The position numbers and the translations under genes were made by a program. From contig PLZJ01000002.1 in NCBI GenBank assembly GCA_003152105.1, positions 848,112 through 912,111 on the forward strand: a DNA stretch of 64,000 nucleotides. Direction: 5' to 3'. The stretch's first letter is position 1. Each line of letters starts with the position of its first letter. Source of the DNA: Candidatus Levyibacteriota bacterium. GTDB taxonomy: Bacteria > Patescibacteriota > Microgenomatia > Levybacterales > UBA12049. Below are positions 10,179 through 20,409 of this stretch, one piece after another. The notes under the pieces are model-generated. The model was given only the letters and a program-made list of their open reading frames with translations. It had not been told where the DNA came from and searched no databases.

Positions 10179-10709
10179 CTACTCTTTCTCATACACATTT
10201 TTATGTAAAAATCGAGAAAGAGCAAACGCTACACCATGTTCAACACCACTTGCTCTTGTAACATATTCTTTTGTCATGATGCCAAACATACCAATTCCTG
10301 AACCAATTTTGGTAGTTCCAAATAATTCGTCAATTGCTTCTTCTAAATTTTTACCTTTTTTAATATTATTTATGACTATATTTGGCAACACAAGACCGCC
10401 TGAAGATCCAATACCTATTGCTCCTTTTTTATCTGTTATAACTACAAGTGATCGCTCCATCCAACCAAAAGTATATTCATGTAGTCCACCTTCAATTCCT
10501 ACTCCGTAAGTTGCTCCTTTAACTTTTTTAAGTGCCTCTTTTGCTCTTTGATAAGCTCCCTTATATATTTCTTCATCACTTAATGGCTGATCTGAAACTC
10601 CTGAAGAAACTGTTACTCCTATCACTTGACACTTACCAAACTGCTTAGTAAAAACCTTCTTTACAGGTTGAGTTTTAGTTGGATTAATTGATCCGACTGC
10701 AATTATCAT
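10179..10709 (-). CDS. yjjX: Inosine/xanthosine triphosphatase (YjjX family)
   Basis: VGSINPTK, SGVSDQP, GIEGG, GMFGIMT motifs. Confidence 0.85.
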   Translation of the reverse strand: MIIAVGSINPTKTQPVKKVFTKQFGKCQVIGVTVSSGVSDQPLSDEEIYKGAYQRAKEALKKVKGATYGVGIEGGLHEYTFGWMERSLVVITDKKGAIGIGSSGGLVLPNIVINNIKKGKNLEEAIDELFGTTKIGSGIGMFGIMTKEYVTRASGVEHGVAFALSRFLHKNVYEKE

Positions 10710-10800
10710 TTACGTCAGTATAGCAAAAACTCGTAGTCAAAAAGCGCATAATTCTATTAGACATTAGATATTGATGACTGTATACTAAATAGAGAATTAT

Positions 10801-11598
10801 ATGAATGACACGATCGTACAAGTTACGGGACTCACCAAAAAATTTAAAGATTTCACTGCAGTTGATAATATTACATTTTCAGTTCCAAAGGGAGAAATAT
10901 TTGCGTTTTTGGGACCAAATGGTGCAGGAAAAACAACCACAATTAAAATGCTCACTACGCTGCTTCTTCCTACTTCTGGGACAATTCTGGTAAATGGTCA
11001 TAATGCAGTAACTGATCAACATGACGTTAGAAAATCCTTTGGCATTGTGTTTCAAGATCCAAGTTTGGAAGATGAATTAACGACATACGAAAATATGGAA
11101 TTTCATGGCGTTTTATATAGTATTCCAAAAGAGGAACGAAAAATCAGAATTAAATCACTTCTCACATTCGTGGAGCTATGGGATAGGAAAGATAGCTTAG
11201 TTAAAACCTTTTCAGGTGGAATGAAAAGAAGATTAGAAATTGCCAGAGGTCTTCTTCATCATCCAAAAATATTTTTCCTTGATGAACCAACACAAGGACT
11301 TGACCCGCAAACAAGAAATCATATTTGGAGTTATCTTAAAAATTTAAGTAGCAAAGAGGGGATAACAATTTTTTTTACTACGCACTATTTGGAAGAAGCA
11401 CAAGAATATGCAGATAGAATTGCGATAATGGATCATGGACATATCGTTACTGAAGGAACATTAAAAACATTACTCAAACAAACAAAAAAAGCAACACTTG
11501 AAGAAGCATTTTTATCACTTACAGGAAACGATATACGTGAAGAATCCGCAAGTGGAATAGACGCATTAAGGCGTCATAGACAAATGAGAGGAAGATAA
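10801..11598 (+). CDS. ABC exporter ATP-binding subunit (DrrA-like)
   Basis: GPNGAGKT, FSGGMKRRLEIA, LDEPT. Confidence 0.95.
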   Translation: MNDTIVQVTGLTKKFKDFTAVDNITFSVPKGEIFAFLGPNGAGKTTTIKMLTTLLLPTSGTILVNGHNAVTDQHDVRKSFGIVFQDPSLEDELTTYENMEFHGVLYSIPKEERKIRIKSLLTFVELWDRKDSLVKTFSGGMKRRLEIARGLLHHPKIFFLDEPTQGLDPQTRNHIWSYLKNLSSKEGITIFFTTHYLEEAQEYADRIAIMDHGHIVTEGTLKTLLKQTKKATLEEAFLSLTGNDIREESASGIDALRRHRQMRGR

Positions 11599-11603
11599 AT
11601 ACT

Positions 11604-12347
11604 ATGAATGCAATATACATACTATGGCTTCGTGAATTAAAAAGATATTTTCGTTCACGATCACGAATGATCGGTTCTTTAGGGCAACCATTATTGTTTT
11701 TGCTGGCCCTCGGATTTGGACTCGGACCAATTTTTCAAAAAGCAGGACAGGGAAGTTATTTTCAGTTCCTAGGACCTGGTGTAATTTGCATGAGTATTCT
11801 ATTTACTGCTATATTCTCGGGTATTCAAGTTATTTGGGACAAACAATTTGGTTTCTTAAAAGAAACTCTTGTTGCACCAATACCAAGATTACATATTATG
11901 CTTGGAAAAACTCTAGGAGGTGCTACGATTGCAACATTTCAAGGAATAGTTGTCTTTTTCTTAGCAGTACTATTTGGTTTTAGACCAGAGCTAACGCTCC
12001 TTCCACTTACTGTTTTGTATATGCTTCTTGTTGCAGTATTTTTTACTGGTCTTGGCATTACTATTGCTTCACTACTTGAAGATATTAACGGATTTCAAAT
12101 AATTATGAATTTTTTAGTACAACCATTATTCTTTCTTTCAGGCGCGCTTTTTCCACTTAACAATTTACCAAAAGCAATTAGCATAGTAACATCCTTTGAT
12201 CCGTTAACATATGGAGTAGATGGGATTCGAGGAACGCTTATTGGAGTTTCGCATTTTGGTTTAATGCTCGATTTTATTACTCTTGTTGTGCTTACACTTT
12301 GCGTTCTAACTATTGGTGCATATTTCTTCTCAAAAATCCAAATATAA
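11604..12347 (+). CDS. ABC-2 type permease
   Basis: 6 TMs, GFLKETLVAP, FFLSGALFP, PLTYGVD. Confidence 0.92.
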   Translation: MNAIYILWLRELKRYFRSRSRMIGSLGQPLLFLLALGFGLGPIFQKAGQGSYFQFLGPGVICMSILFTAIFSGIQVIWDKQFGFLKETLVAPIPRLHIMLGKTLGGATIATFQGIVVFFLAVLFGFRPELTLLPLTVLYMLLVAVFFTGLGITIASLLEDINGFQIIMNFLVQPLFFLSGALFPLNNLPKAISIVTSFDPLTYGVDGIRGTLIGVSHFGLMLDFITLVVLTLCVLTIGAYFFSKIQI

Positions 12348-12381
12348 GCAATTTCTCCTAGTCATGGTGTTATACTAATGA

Positions 12382-12618
12382 TTGCAAGCTAAAACTTATA
12401 TGTCAAATCTCTCAGCGTTAATTATTGCCGTAACCATTACCTTTTCTCCTTTTGCTGGGATTATTGCATTTCTTGTAACGTATGACGAATATAAACACCA
12501 TTTTGTAAAAAGAGACGCAAGAAAACAAGCACTTAAAATGGGGCTATTTAGTTTATTTGTTTTTTTAGCAGTAGGACTTATATCAGGATATGTTTTTAAT
12601 CAATACGTGAACCACTAG
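12382..12618 (+). CDS. Small 2-TM membrane protein
   Basis: Two hydrophobic helices; likely start ATG 12400. Confidence 0.6.
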   Translation: MQAKTYMSNLSALIIAVTITFSPFAGIIAFLVTYDEYKHHFVKRDARKQALKMGLFSLFVFLAVGLISGYVFNQYVNH

Positions 12619-12719
12619 ACATTACTTCTTCATTGCCCTAATGTGATTTTAAAATTGAAAGTAAGATTAACATTATATGTTAATGTGTGAAGAATTTATT
12701 TATTTTTTATAAAGTAGTT

Positions 12720-12763
12720 AGGAGGAGGCATTTTTTGTTTTTTAGACATTGATGCCTCCTCCT
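12720..12763. terminator. Hairpin between convergent genes
   Basis: AGGAGGAGGCAT...ATGCCTCCTCCT, 12-bp perfect stem, 20-nt loop. Confidence 0.55.
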
Positions 12764-12797
12764 GTAACCTACAGATTCTTATTCGATATGATTTCTC

Positions 12798-13415
12798 CTA
12801 GAGACTGTGTTGTTGCTGTTTTGCAAAGGCTGGGTTAACCACGCGTATGGGAATCCTGTTATAGATTCCATACTTGCTGTTTTGCAAAGGCTGGGTTAAC
12901 CATGTAGATTGGTTGCTGGCACATTTTGCCGACAGTGTGATGGCCCACTCAAGGTAGAAGTTTTGCTTTCCTTGATTTCCGTTGTTCAGTGGATTAGGTT
13001 GTACCTCGAGCAACAGATTGGGATCGTTCGAAGGCGGAGGATTGGGAAATCCAACAACATCTTCCTGGACGCCGTGAACGTTAGGGTTAAAGTCATTGTG
13101 CAGCTTGCGTGTCTGCTTTGGATCCAGACCCTGAACGTAGTTGAAAAACAACAACTTCTGATGGGCGCCCGGTGCTTGAAGACTTGAAAAGCAGTATGTT
13201 TCGAATATCTGGAAGCCAACAGTACACTCATCAGTGCCAACATTGGTGACTGAGACTTCGGTCGTGGATACGGGATTGACTGTGATCAAGCATGGATTGT
13301 TGGGATTGTTGGGATTTGCTGATGCAATTCTTTCGCCTGACAACATAGAACCGAGTCCGATTATTGACAGAACGAGAAAGCTTGCAAGCAGAATCCGAAT
13401 TCGTCTTGACTTCAT
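12798..13415 (-). CDS. Secreted hypothetical protein
   Basis: Signal-peptide-like N-terminus, AAGGAG SD, visibly more GC-rich than flanks. Confidence 0.6.
   Translation of the reverse strand: MKSRRIRILLASFLVLSIIGLGSMLSGERIASANPNNPNNPCLITVNPVSTTEVSVTNVGTDECTVGFQIFETYCFSSLQAPGAHQKLLFFNYVQGLDPKQTRKLHNDFNPNVHGVQEDVVGFPNPPPSNDPNLLLEVQPNPLNNGNQGKQNFYLEWAITLSAKCASNQSTWLTQPLQNSKYGIYNRIPIRVVNPAFAKQQQHSL
12813..12902. repeat. Two identical 29-bp direct repeats separated by 32 nt
   Basis: TTGCTGTTTTGCAAAGGCTGGGTTAACCA at 12813-12841 and 12874-12902. Confidence 0.85.
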
Positions 13416-13740
13416 GAAACCTAACTCCTTGTGATATTTGTGTGAATCCTGAAACTTCGAACAAAAACTACCCTATCACATTCTCACCTCCATAGTGAAT
13501 TGCAAATTGTAACGGCCTACAAGAATAAAAATATCGATAAGAACTGTATGTTAAAGATCAGCAACGAATTGCCTAGTATACTGAAAGCTATTTTCAGCAC
13601 AAAAGCAACTTGCTGTGAAAAGTAGAGGCAGGTAATGAAAACCCAAAGGTTTTTAAACTTTTCTAATGTATATTATATCGGAAAAAAGTAGTGAAATCAA
13701 ATATTATAGGGTATTGCTGAGTCTATGTTTGTTCTGATTA

Positions 13741-14160
13741 CTAAACAAAAAAGTGGATAATTATAGCTGCTGCTTCAAGACAAAAGAAGGAAGCACCTGC
13801 TTGTACAGCAATTTTTTTAACAATCCATTTCTTTTCAGTACCCCCAAAAATAACAGCGCTTACTTGTGTTGGTACTACAAATCCAATCCAAAAGAAAATC
13901 GCGAGTGCATATATATTCCAGTTATGAGGTAGATAGACAATAAATATGTATAAAACTACTGTGGTAATAAGCGTCATAAGTGCCTGCAATGCATAATAAG
14001 GACCCATTTCTTTCATCATTTTCTGTTGTACTTCCTTAGGAAGCTTATCAAAACCGTGAATTCTTCCCCAAAGTTTTCCGAAAAGAAAACTATACCAAAC
14101 AGCACCAATTGCAAACTGAACAACTCCCGCGAGTATTATTGGTACGAAATTAAATTGCAT
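13741..14160 (-). CDS. DUF1761-like membrane protein
   Basis: IGAVWYSFLFGKLW motif, 4 TMs. Confidence 0.75.
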   Translation of the reverse strand: MQFNFVPIILAGVVQFAIGAVWYSFLFGKLWGRIHGFDKLPKEVQQKMMKEMGPYYALQALMTLITTVVLYIFIVYLPHNWNIYALAIFFWIGFVVPTQVSAVIFGGTEKKWIVKKIAVQAGASFFCLEAAAIIIHFFV

Positions 14161-14321
14161 AATAAATATATAGTAGAGCTTTTATTTTTACATTGCAATA
14201 TGTATTTTGGGCACTTATACCCTCAAGGCACGGATGGATAAAATTGATGATTCTCTTTGAAGATTGATGGATGACAAAAATTTTATTTGACAATATGTTT
14301 AGAGTGAAATATAATTGAAAA

Positions 14322-15617
14322 ATGGAACAGTCAGTTAATGAACAATCTCAACCAATAGAGGCAGTAAATCAACCACAAAATTATGAAACCCACAATTCTA
14401 TTAAGAAGCATATTCCAATAGTCTTAATTGTACTAATTGTAGTTATTGCAGGCACATTTACTATTTTTGCATTGACAAAGAAAAACTATATTCCAAATCC
14501 TCTAAATATTAGTTCAAATCAGCATATAAAATCTAGAAATATACTTCTTGTTAAGGAAAATACAAACTCAAGTGGAGGGGCTACAAATTTTGAAATTGAT
14601 AGTTACAATCTAGAAACAAAAAAAATAAATAAACTTAAATCTTTACCGCTTCAAATAGGTTTGCAGTTAGAGGCGAAAGTATCTCCCGATGGAAATAAAT
14701 ACTACTATTTTGGCAACAATGCTACCCCAAACTCGTCAAGTCATCTACCAACTCAGACTATAACTGTTACCAATAAAGCCGGAGTAACTAAAACTTATAT
14801 AATATCAGGTAACTATCAATTTGGATTCAATGCAGGAAGTATCATATCAGGTAGTCCTTTATCTGATGGGTATTGGTCACCAGATAGCAGCAATATTGCA
14901 TTTGTATTAAATGGGTCGGATAGCAAAAATTCTACTGGAGGAATGAAGATTGAACTTATAAACACTAACTCTGGACAAGTTAGCGATGTTTTTAAAAGCT
15001 CTGACAATCCAGCATTTACTAACCCTTCAAGTTTTAACTCCCCAAGTTCACTAATAGGTTGGCTTGGAAATAATAAATTGCTTGTTACAAAAGTAGCTGT
15101 TGGTAACGAACCTGGAGTTTCTCCAACAATAGATTTTTATAGTATTGACATTAATACCAAACAAATACAAAAACTGTTTTCGCATACAGCAGATATCTCT
15201 TATGGATCTGTTATTTCTCTAAATGGAAATCAAGTATTTTTTGGTTTTTCAAACTTTGCTGAAAACAGTGCTTTTGGAGAGTATAATATTTCCTCTCAAA
15301 AATATTCACCCCTTGTTTCAAATAGCGTTGTAGTAGTTAGGCATCCAACAATATCTGATGATGGAACTAAGTTGTTGTATGTTGAAACCTCAAGTACAAG
15401 TACAGGTGGTTCAATATATAAATTTCATATTTACGACATTGCGACTTTAACAGATCAAATCATTAATATACCCAAAAATGTATTTTGGGTGAATGAATTA
15501 TTGCCCGATAATAAAACATATATTATGCAAACAGGGGAAAACTCAATTATTTATGATAGCCAAAACAATCAAACACAAAATCTAGATGGTTTTGCAATTG
15601 GATCAGGTTATTTCTAA
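14322..15617 (+). CDS. Membrane-anchored beta-propeller (TolB/WD40-like) protein, IS passenger
   Basis: One N-terminal TM; SPDG/WSPDS/ISDDG repeats; TTGACA-17-TATAAT-6-ATG. Confidence 0.75.
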   Translation: MEQSVNEQSQPIEAVNQPQNYETHNSIKKHIPIVLIVLIVVIAGTFTIFALTKKNYIPNPLNISSNQHIKSRNILLVKENTNSSGGATNFEIDSYNLETKKINKLKSLPLQIGLQLEAKVSPDGNKYYYFGNNATPNSSSHLPTQTITVTNKAGVTKTYIISGNYQFGFNAGSIISGSPLSDGYWSPDSSNIAFVLNGSDSKNSTGGMKIELINTNSGQVSDVFKSSDNPAFTNPSSFNSPSSLIGWLGNNKLLVTKVAVGNEPGVSPTIDFYSIDINTKQIQKLFSHTADISYGSVISLNGNQVFFGFSNFAENSAFGEYNISSQKYSPLVSNSVVVVRHPTISDDGTKLLYVETSSTSTGGSIYKFHIYDIATLTDQIINIPKNVFWVNELLPDNKTYIMQTGENSIIYDSQNNQTQNLDGFAIGSGYF

Positions 15618-16123
15618 ACTCTCGTCTAAAGGTTGTTACTGCCAAGTTAAAATACATATGTTTATTGATTACTGAGTATTTTTAATAAAAGTGGTCTTCT
15701 TTCAAATAATTTTATGAGGTATTTGTTTATTTTTATTGTAACAATTCCATTTATGCCAACCCCAACCGTATTTAGATATACTCCGTTATCTCTTTAAAGG
15801 TAGGTCGTACAAAATATTCTTTTTTAGCTTCAAAATTGATGAAAAATTGTCACCGACATCGGGGACAATATCGAAGACAATTTAGTATTAGGGGTTAATA
15901 CTGTTTTTTGATATGTTCTGTGGCTAAAACATTCAAAAACTTTCTCTCCTATTATTAATATATATACATATATTAGAAGAGAAAGTTTTGAGATATAGTA
16001 GCTTCTAAAATGCTTAAAAACAGTCTAAGATATCGAACACTAATTTAGCAATAAATCAGCGACATAGAAAATAGTATTGTTAACGATTTCAATACTTAGG
16101 TTTTTCTATGATACAATTCTTTT

Positions 16124-16252
16124 ATGAATAGAAAGTTAAGTAAAGTGGTCAAGAAAAGGAAGATTAAATCTCCAACTAATCTAAATGCTGAAATTGAAAA
16201 AAAAGATTTCTTTGCACTTCTTAAAAAAGCAGTAAGCAGAAAGGCTTCTTAA
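16124..16252 (+). CDS. Small basic protein (42 aa) convergent with transposase
   Basis: MNRKLSKVVKKRKIKSPTNLNAEIEKKDFFALLKKAVSRKAS; TGATACAAT 6 nt upstream; below ORF-track cutoff. Confidence 0.5.
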   Translation: MNRKLSKVVKKRKIKSPTNLNAEIEKKDFFALLKKAVSRKAS

Positions 16253-16268
16253 TTTTAGTATCTATTAT

Positions 16269-17189
16269 CTAAGCTTTTAATACTCTTACCTCGGCTACTT
16301 GCCTAAGCAGTTGATCAAACATATTTTCTTTTAAGCTCCTATGGTTATATCTCCAAGCATATTCATCAGCATAGGTTTGTAAATATTTCTTAGATACTAT
16401 TCTGTATACTCCATAAACACCACGTTTTAGTATTGACCAGAAGTTTTCTACATTTTGTGTATGAATAGTGCCTTTCACATATTGCTTAGCTCTATGATTA
16501 ACTGATAGATGTTCATACCCATATTTATATAGCTGGGTATATCCTCTCCACTCATCTGTTATTACTTTAGCTTTTGGATTAATATGTTCCTGTACTTGGT
16601 TAAGTAGTGTCCATTTACCGGTATTAGGTATGTGCTTAAGATAAATTTTTTTATTTTCTGACTTTCCTTTAGTTGATTCGTTTCGCTTTACCATTCCAAG
16701 TATTATTTCTTTTTCTTTCCCTTCTATCCCTTGTCTCCATTTATGTGCTCTGTTTATTCCTTTTCCTCCCATAAATGTTTCATCAACTTCGATTGTTCCA
16801 TCAGAGAATGAAGTCGATGGTTCTGCCATTAACTTTCGTATTTGTTTAAACATTCTATGTGCAGTCTTGTACGTTACTCCTAGTTCTCGCTCAAGTTGTT
16901 TTGCAGATATACCAGACCTTGTATGAGTCATTTGAAACATGGCATAAAACCAAAATTGAAGAGGGGTTGTTGTTTTTTCAAAGATAGTTCCAGCAAGAGG
17001 AAATACTTGATATCTACAGATACCACAGGAATATGCAGTACGACCATTTATTTTGTAAAAAGTAGTTATCTTTTGACAGCTTGGACACGTTATTCCATTT
17101 GGCCATCTGATATTTTTTATTTCATCGAGACAAGTATTTTCTGTGGAGTATTTTTGAAGAAATATTTTGAGGGTAAACTTTTGTATCAT
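16269..17189 (-). CDS. IS1595-family (ISXO2-like) DDE transposase
   Basis: CPSC..CGIC zinc ribbon, HTH, EVDETFMGG, ITDEW..Y, HLSVNH, HTQNVENFWS, YADEYAWRYNHR. Confidence 0.95.
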   Translation of the reverse strand: MIQKFTLKIFLQKYSTENTCLDEIKNIRWPNGITCPSCQKITTFYKINGRTAYSCGICRYQVFPLAGTIFEKTTTPLQFWFYAMFQMTHTRSGISAKQLERELGVTYKTAHRMFKQIRKLMAEPSTSFSDGTIEVDETFMGGKGINRAHKWRQGIEGKEKEIILGMVKRNESTKGKSENKKIYLKHIPNTGKWTLLNQVQEHINPKAKVITDEWRGYTQLYKYGYEHLSVNHRAKQYVKGTIHTQNVENFWSILKRGVYGVYRIVSKKYLQTYADEYAWRYNHRSLKENMFDQLLRQVAEVRVLKA

Positions 17190-17268
17190 AGCCTTATATT
17201 AACACACATTTACCGTGTTGTCAAGGGATAAGTGCCGTATTTTGCGGTTTTTATGCTACTATTTTAGT

Positions 17269-18270
17269 ATGGAACCGCAAGAATCACTGGTTGGCATACA
17301 TGATGAAAATCTGGCAGTACCGTTTCCTCTTGTAAAAGAATTGTTTGATGAAGGAGAAAAAACCTTCGGAGGTCCTTATAACAGTAGCTCAGGTGAATAT
17401 TTTAATACCAAAGAAGTTCCTAGTAGAACAAAACTTGCTTCAAAATATACTCCATTAACACTTGGGCATGACGCATCGAGTTATTATTTAGCATATTATG
17501 AAGATAGACAAAGTAGTTATTTTTCTGAAGATACTCAAGGAAGAGAAGTATGTATTTCTACACAGCCTGGATCTTATACGGACAATAGTAAAATGCAAGC
17601 ACTTACCTATAGTGAAAAAAAGGACGGCATGTATCTGCTAGTTAGTGAGACAATTGGTGCAAGAGCCCATGAAGATTTTGATGATAATGGCCAACAAGGA
17701 TTAGTTGAACCATCTGGTCACATGCGAGCAAAATATAAGCTAATAACGCCACTTAAAAAAGATTTAGTCGAACTTTCTGCAAGTCGAGTCGATGAGGTAA
17801 TGTTTGAAAATCAAGGGGAGAGACAACCAGGTAGATGGACAAGGAATTTACGAATTGATGCAGCAACTAATACCACAGATTACGGCGAGTTATACATATT
17901 AAATAGGTCAAGCAGTCCAGGTGATGAGTCAAGAGCTGATGTTAAATTTATGGCAAAAGGAGATATCGCAGAACCACAAGAGGTAATTGTTCAGTTTGGT
18001 TTTGGACCCTCAGAACTTGGAAAAACAGTTATGGAAGATAAAGATAAAAATGTACGCGTCATAGTACAAAATGGACATGAAAAAGATTTAGCAATTTTGC
18101 AAAGTGATCCCAATTTCACATTTTTAACTGATTCGGAGCTTAAAGGTGATGAAGTGCTAGCGTTTTTACAAGAAAGAATAAGACTTATGCAGCTTCAGTG
18201 GGATCAACCACAAAGCATCTATGCAGCAACTATTGGATCAGCAGATACTAAAGCATTAACAAGTAAATAA
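17269..18270 (+). CDS. Hypothetical protein
   Basis: Long ORF; start moved from 17215 (inside IS end) to ATG 17269 after TGCTACTAT. Confidence 0.65.
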   Translation: MEPQESLVGIHDENLAVPFPLVKELFDEGEKTFGGPYNSSSGEYFNTKEVPSRTKLASKYTPLTLGHDASSYYLAYYEDRQSSYFSEDTQGREVCISTQPGSYTDNSKMQALTYSEKKDGMYLLVSETIGARAHEDFDDNGQQGLVEPSGHMRAKYKLITPLKKDLVELSASRVDEVMFENQGERQPGRWTRNLRIDAATNTTDYGELYILNRSSSPGDESRADVKFMAKGDIAEPQEVIVQFGFGPSELGKTVMEDKDKNVRVIVQNGHEKDLAILQSDPNFTFLTDSELKGDEVLAFLQERIRLMQLQWDQPQSIYAATIGSADTKALTSK

Positions 18271-18421
18271 CCAATAATATTCATTTGCATCCTCTTAAAA
18301 AAATTACTATATATTTTTAATATTATAGATGTGAGTAAACATATTCTCTAAACTCTCTGTATAGAATAAGCAAAGAAATTTACCTCTTGACATATTATAC
18401 TTATACATATATTATACGTTT

Positions 18422-18931
18422 ATGCCAAATAAAACAATTTACGTCAGCGAAAAAGATTCTCATTTGTTTGAGCAAGCAAAAAGTATTGCTGGCGAAGCGC
18501 TATCCTCTGTCATTGTTCGATCACTTAGTGAATTTGTCACTCGAAATCAAAATAAGAAAAAGGGCATGAAAGAAATAGCATTAAAAGTTGGTTTAAGTGG
18601 AACAGAACGCGAACAAAGATTTATTGGAACTCTAATTGGTAAATGGGATGGTTTTAGTGATGATAAGCAGTGGTATCAAAAAGCTACTATATTTCTTACA
18701 CAAAAAGGGAATTGGGTAGTCTTTTTAGAAACAGTATGTAAAGCAAGTCTTTTTACTAATAAGAACGAATGGAAGGCAAGTGGTGATTACCTTATAAATC
18801 CTAAAAAAAGCGAACTGCATATCGTTAAAAACCCAAATGACCTTAAAAATGTATTACCAAAATCGCTTCTATCAACGCTTATCGAATACACAAAACAAGT
18901 TGAAATTCCAATAGAATATCTTGATATTTAA
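18422..18931 (+). CDS. EXLDI protein (RHH-like N-terminus)
   Basis: MPNKTIYVS N-terminus and C-terminal EYLDI signature. Confidence 0.8.
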   Translation: MPNKTIYVSEKDSHLFEQAKSIAGEALSSVIVRSLSEFVTRNQNKKKGMKEIALKVGLSGTEREQRFIGTLIGKWDGFSDDKQWYQKATIFLTQKGNWVVFLETVCKASLFTNKNEWKASGDYLINPKKSELHIVKNPNDLKNVLPKSLLSTLIEYTKQVEIPIEYLDI

Positions 18932-18944
18932 AAGGAGGTGAATT

Positions 18945-19127
18945 ATGAGTCTTGAAGATAAACATTTTCAACATGTAGCAAAAATGAAAGCACTCGTTGA
19001 TAGAGATAATTGGACTAGTTGGGATTCACCTATTGGTCTTACCATATTCTTTGTTGGTGGAGTAATGAGCTTGATAGGACTAGCTGTTTTTGGTATTTTA
19101 ATAAAATTTCTCTTCTTAATGAAATAG
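18945..19127 (+). CDS. Small membrane protein
   Basis: AAGGAGGTGA SD, C-terminal TM. Confidence 0.65.
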   Translation: MSLEDKHFQHVAKMKALVDRDNWTSWDSPIGLTIFFVGGVMSLIGLAVFGILIKFLFLMK

Positions 19128-19208
19128 GTATTCATAGATACATTTAGTAAGGTAATTCATATTAAATCGTTTATATAGTTCTTACTGTGTTACACTTATT
19201 TTAAGACT

Positions 19209-20018
19209 ATGTATCCTCATTTGTTGTTTGAATTTTGTATTCTGTTAGCTTTAGCAGTTATAGGCAGCATAGCAATTCTGCCATATAGTTTGCGGCTGCT
19301 TAGTGAATCAAAAAAGAAAAAGCCAATAAAAATGTCTCCAAAAGCGCTTCTTCTCCTGTCAGTACTTCAAAATGCTGTTGTATTTGCAATAGTTATTGGT
19401 ATCGGACTTTATGTGGGTCATCAAATTGGGCTTGGTACACGCCTAATCGACGAAGTTATATCAGGTGGGTCAATGCAACAAATTATTATAATAATTTTTA
19501 CCGCATGTATTTGTGGGATTATAGGAGGAGTTTTATTAATGCTTCTTGATTTGTTATTTCTACCGCATTTCCCAGAAAAACTTCTTACGACTGCGTTAAA
19601 AACGACACAATGGGAAAACTTTACTGCCTCATTTTATGGAGGCATAAACGAAGAACTATTCATGCGTCTTTTTGGCGTATCTCTAGTAGCATGGATCATG
19701 TCAAGAATTTTGCATATGACAAATGGGTTATCTACAACGGCGGATTTTTGGATAGCAATTATTATTATGGCAGTGCTGTTTGCAATAGGACATTTGCCGA
19801 CATTAAAAAATCTATTAGGAACAATTACTCCTGTAATGTTTTTAAGAAGTATGTTGCTCAATACTCCTATTGGACTTTTATGTGGCTGGATATTTTGGCA
19901 TTATGGAATTGAAGCAGCTATTATAACGCATTTTGTAGTAGATATTATTTATCATGTAGGCGGAACCTATGTTGTACGCAGTAAATACGCAAAATTCTCG
20001 GACAAATCTTCAATTTAG
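19209..20018 (+). CDS. CPBP/CAAX (Abi) intramembrane metalloprotease
   Basis: EELFMR, FAIGH, THFVVD motifs. Confidence 0.85.
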   Translation: MYPHLLFEFCILLALAVIGSIAILPYSLRLLSESKKKKPIKMSPKALLLLSVLQNAVVFAIVIGIGLYVGHQIGLGTRLIDEVISGGSMQQIIIIIFTACICGIIGGVLLMLLDLLFLPHFPEKLLTTALKTTQWENFTASFYGGINEELFMRLFGVSLVAWIMSRILHMTNGLSTTADFWIAIIIMAVLFAIGHLPTLKNLLGTITPVMFLRSMLLNTPIGLLCGWIFWHYGIEAAIITHFVVDIIYHVGGTYVVRSKYAKFSDKSSI

Positions 20019-20119
20019 TTTCTGTTAAAAGCTTTTCTTACATCCTTATTACCAAAATTTTAATTTTATCTAACTCTTGAGATATACCATAGATCCAGAA
20101 GAAGAAAGGAGGTGATAAA

Positions 20120-20317
20120 ATGAATGATACTAAAGTTAAAGGAAGTAATTTAACTGAAGAAGATCGAAAAAAAGGAGGGGAACATTCTCATAACGAATCC
20201 TCTTCCAATGAAAGTTCTTCCGGCATAAAAGGAGGTCAATCCTCAAATGAAGGGCAGGAATGGCAAAATGATCCTGGAAATAATGCCCAAGTAGATAAAG
20301 AAGAGGATCAAATTTAA
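20120..20317 (+). CDS. KGG-motif general stress protein-like
   Basis: EEDRKKGGEHSH, KGGQSS; AAGGAGGTGA SD. Confidence 0.65.
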   Translation: MNDTKVKGSNLTEEDRKKGGEHSHNESSSNESSSGIKGGQSSNEGQEWQNDPGNNAQVDKEEDQI

Positions 20318-20323
20318 TATCTT

Positions 20324-20350
20324 GGGAAGAAAAGTTTCATTTTTCTTCCC
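20324..20350. terminator. Hairpin terminator between convergent genes
   Basis: GGGAAGAAAA-gtttcat-TTTTCTTCCC. Confidence 0.65.
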
Positions 20351-20409
20351 TGAACTTATCAATAATTATTATAACTGTTGCACGAGAAATATTTGTTTCG
20401 TTTGCATTC

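Larger units (their letters stand above)
14210..17236 (-). mobile_element. IS1595-family element with passenger gene (3027 bp)
   Basis: 24-bp TIRs GGCACTTATACCCTCAAGGCACGG / GGCACTTATCCCTTGACAACACGG (18/24 identical); 8-bp TSD GTATTTTG at 14202-14209 and 17237-17244; transposase inside. Confidence 0.92.

Noticed and set aside
12813-12902. CRISPR array
   Set aside because: Only two repeats, inside an ORF, no leader or cas genes in window; kept as an unexplained repeat
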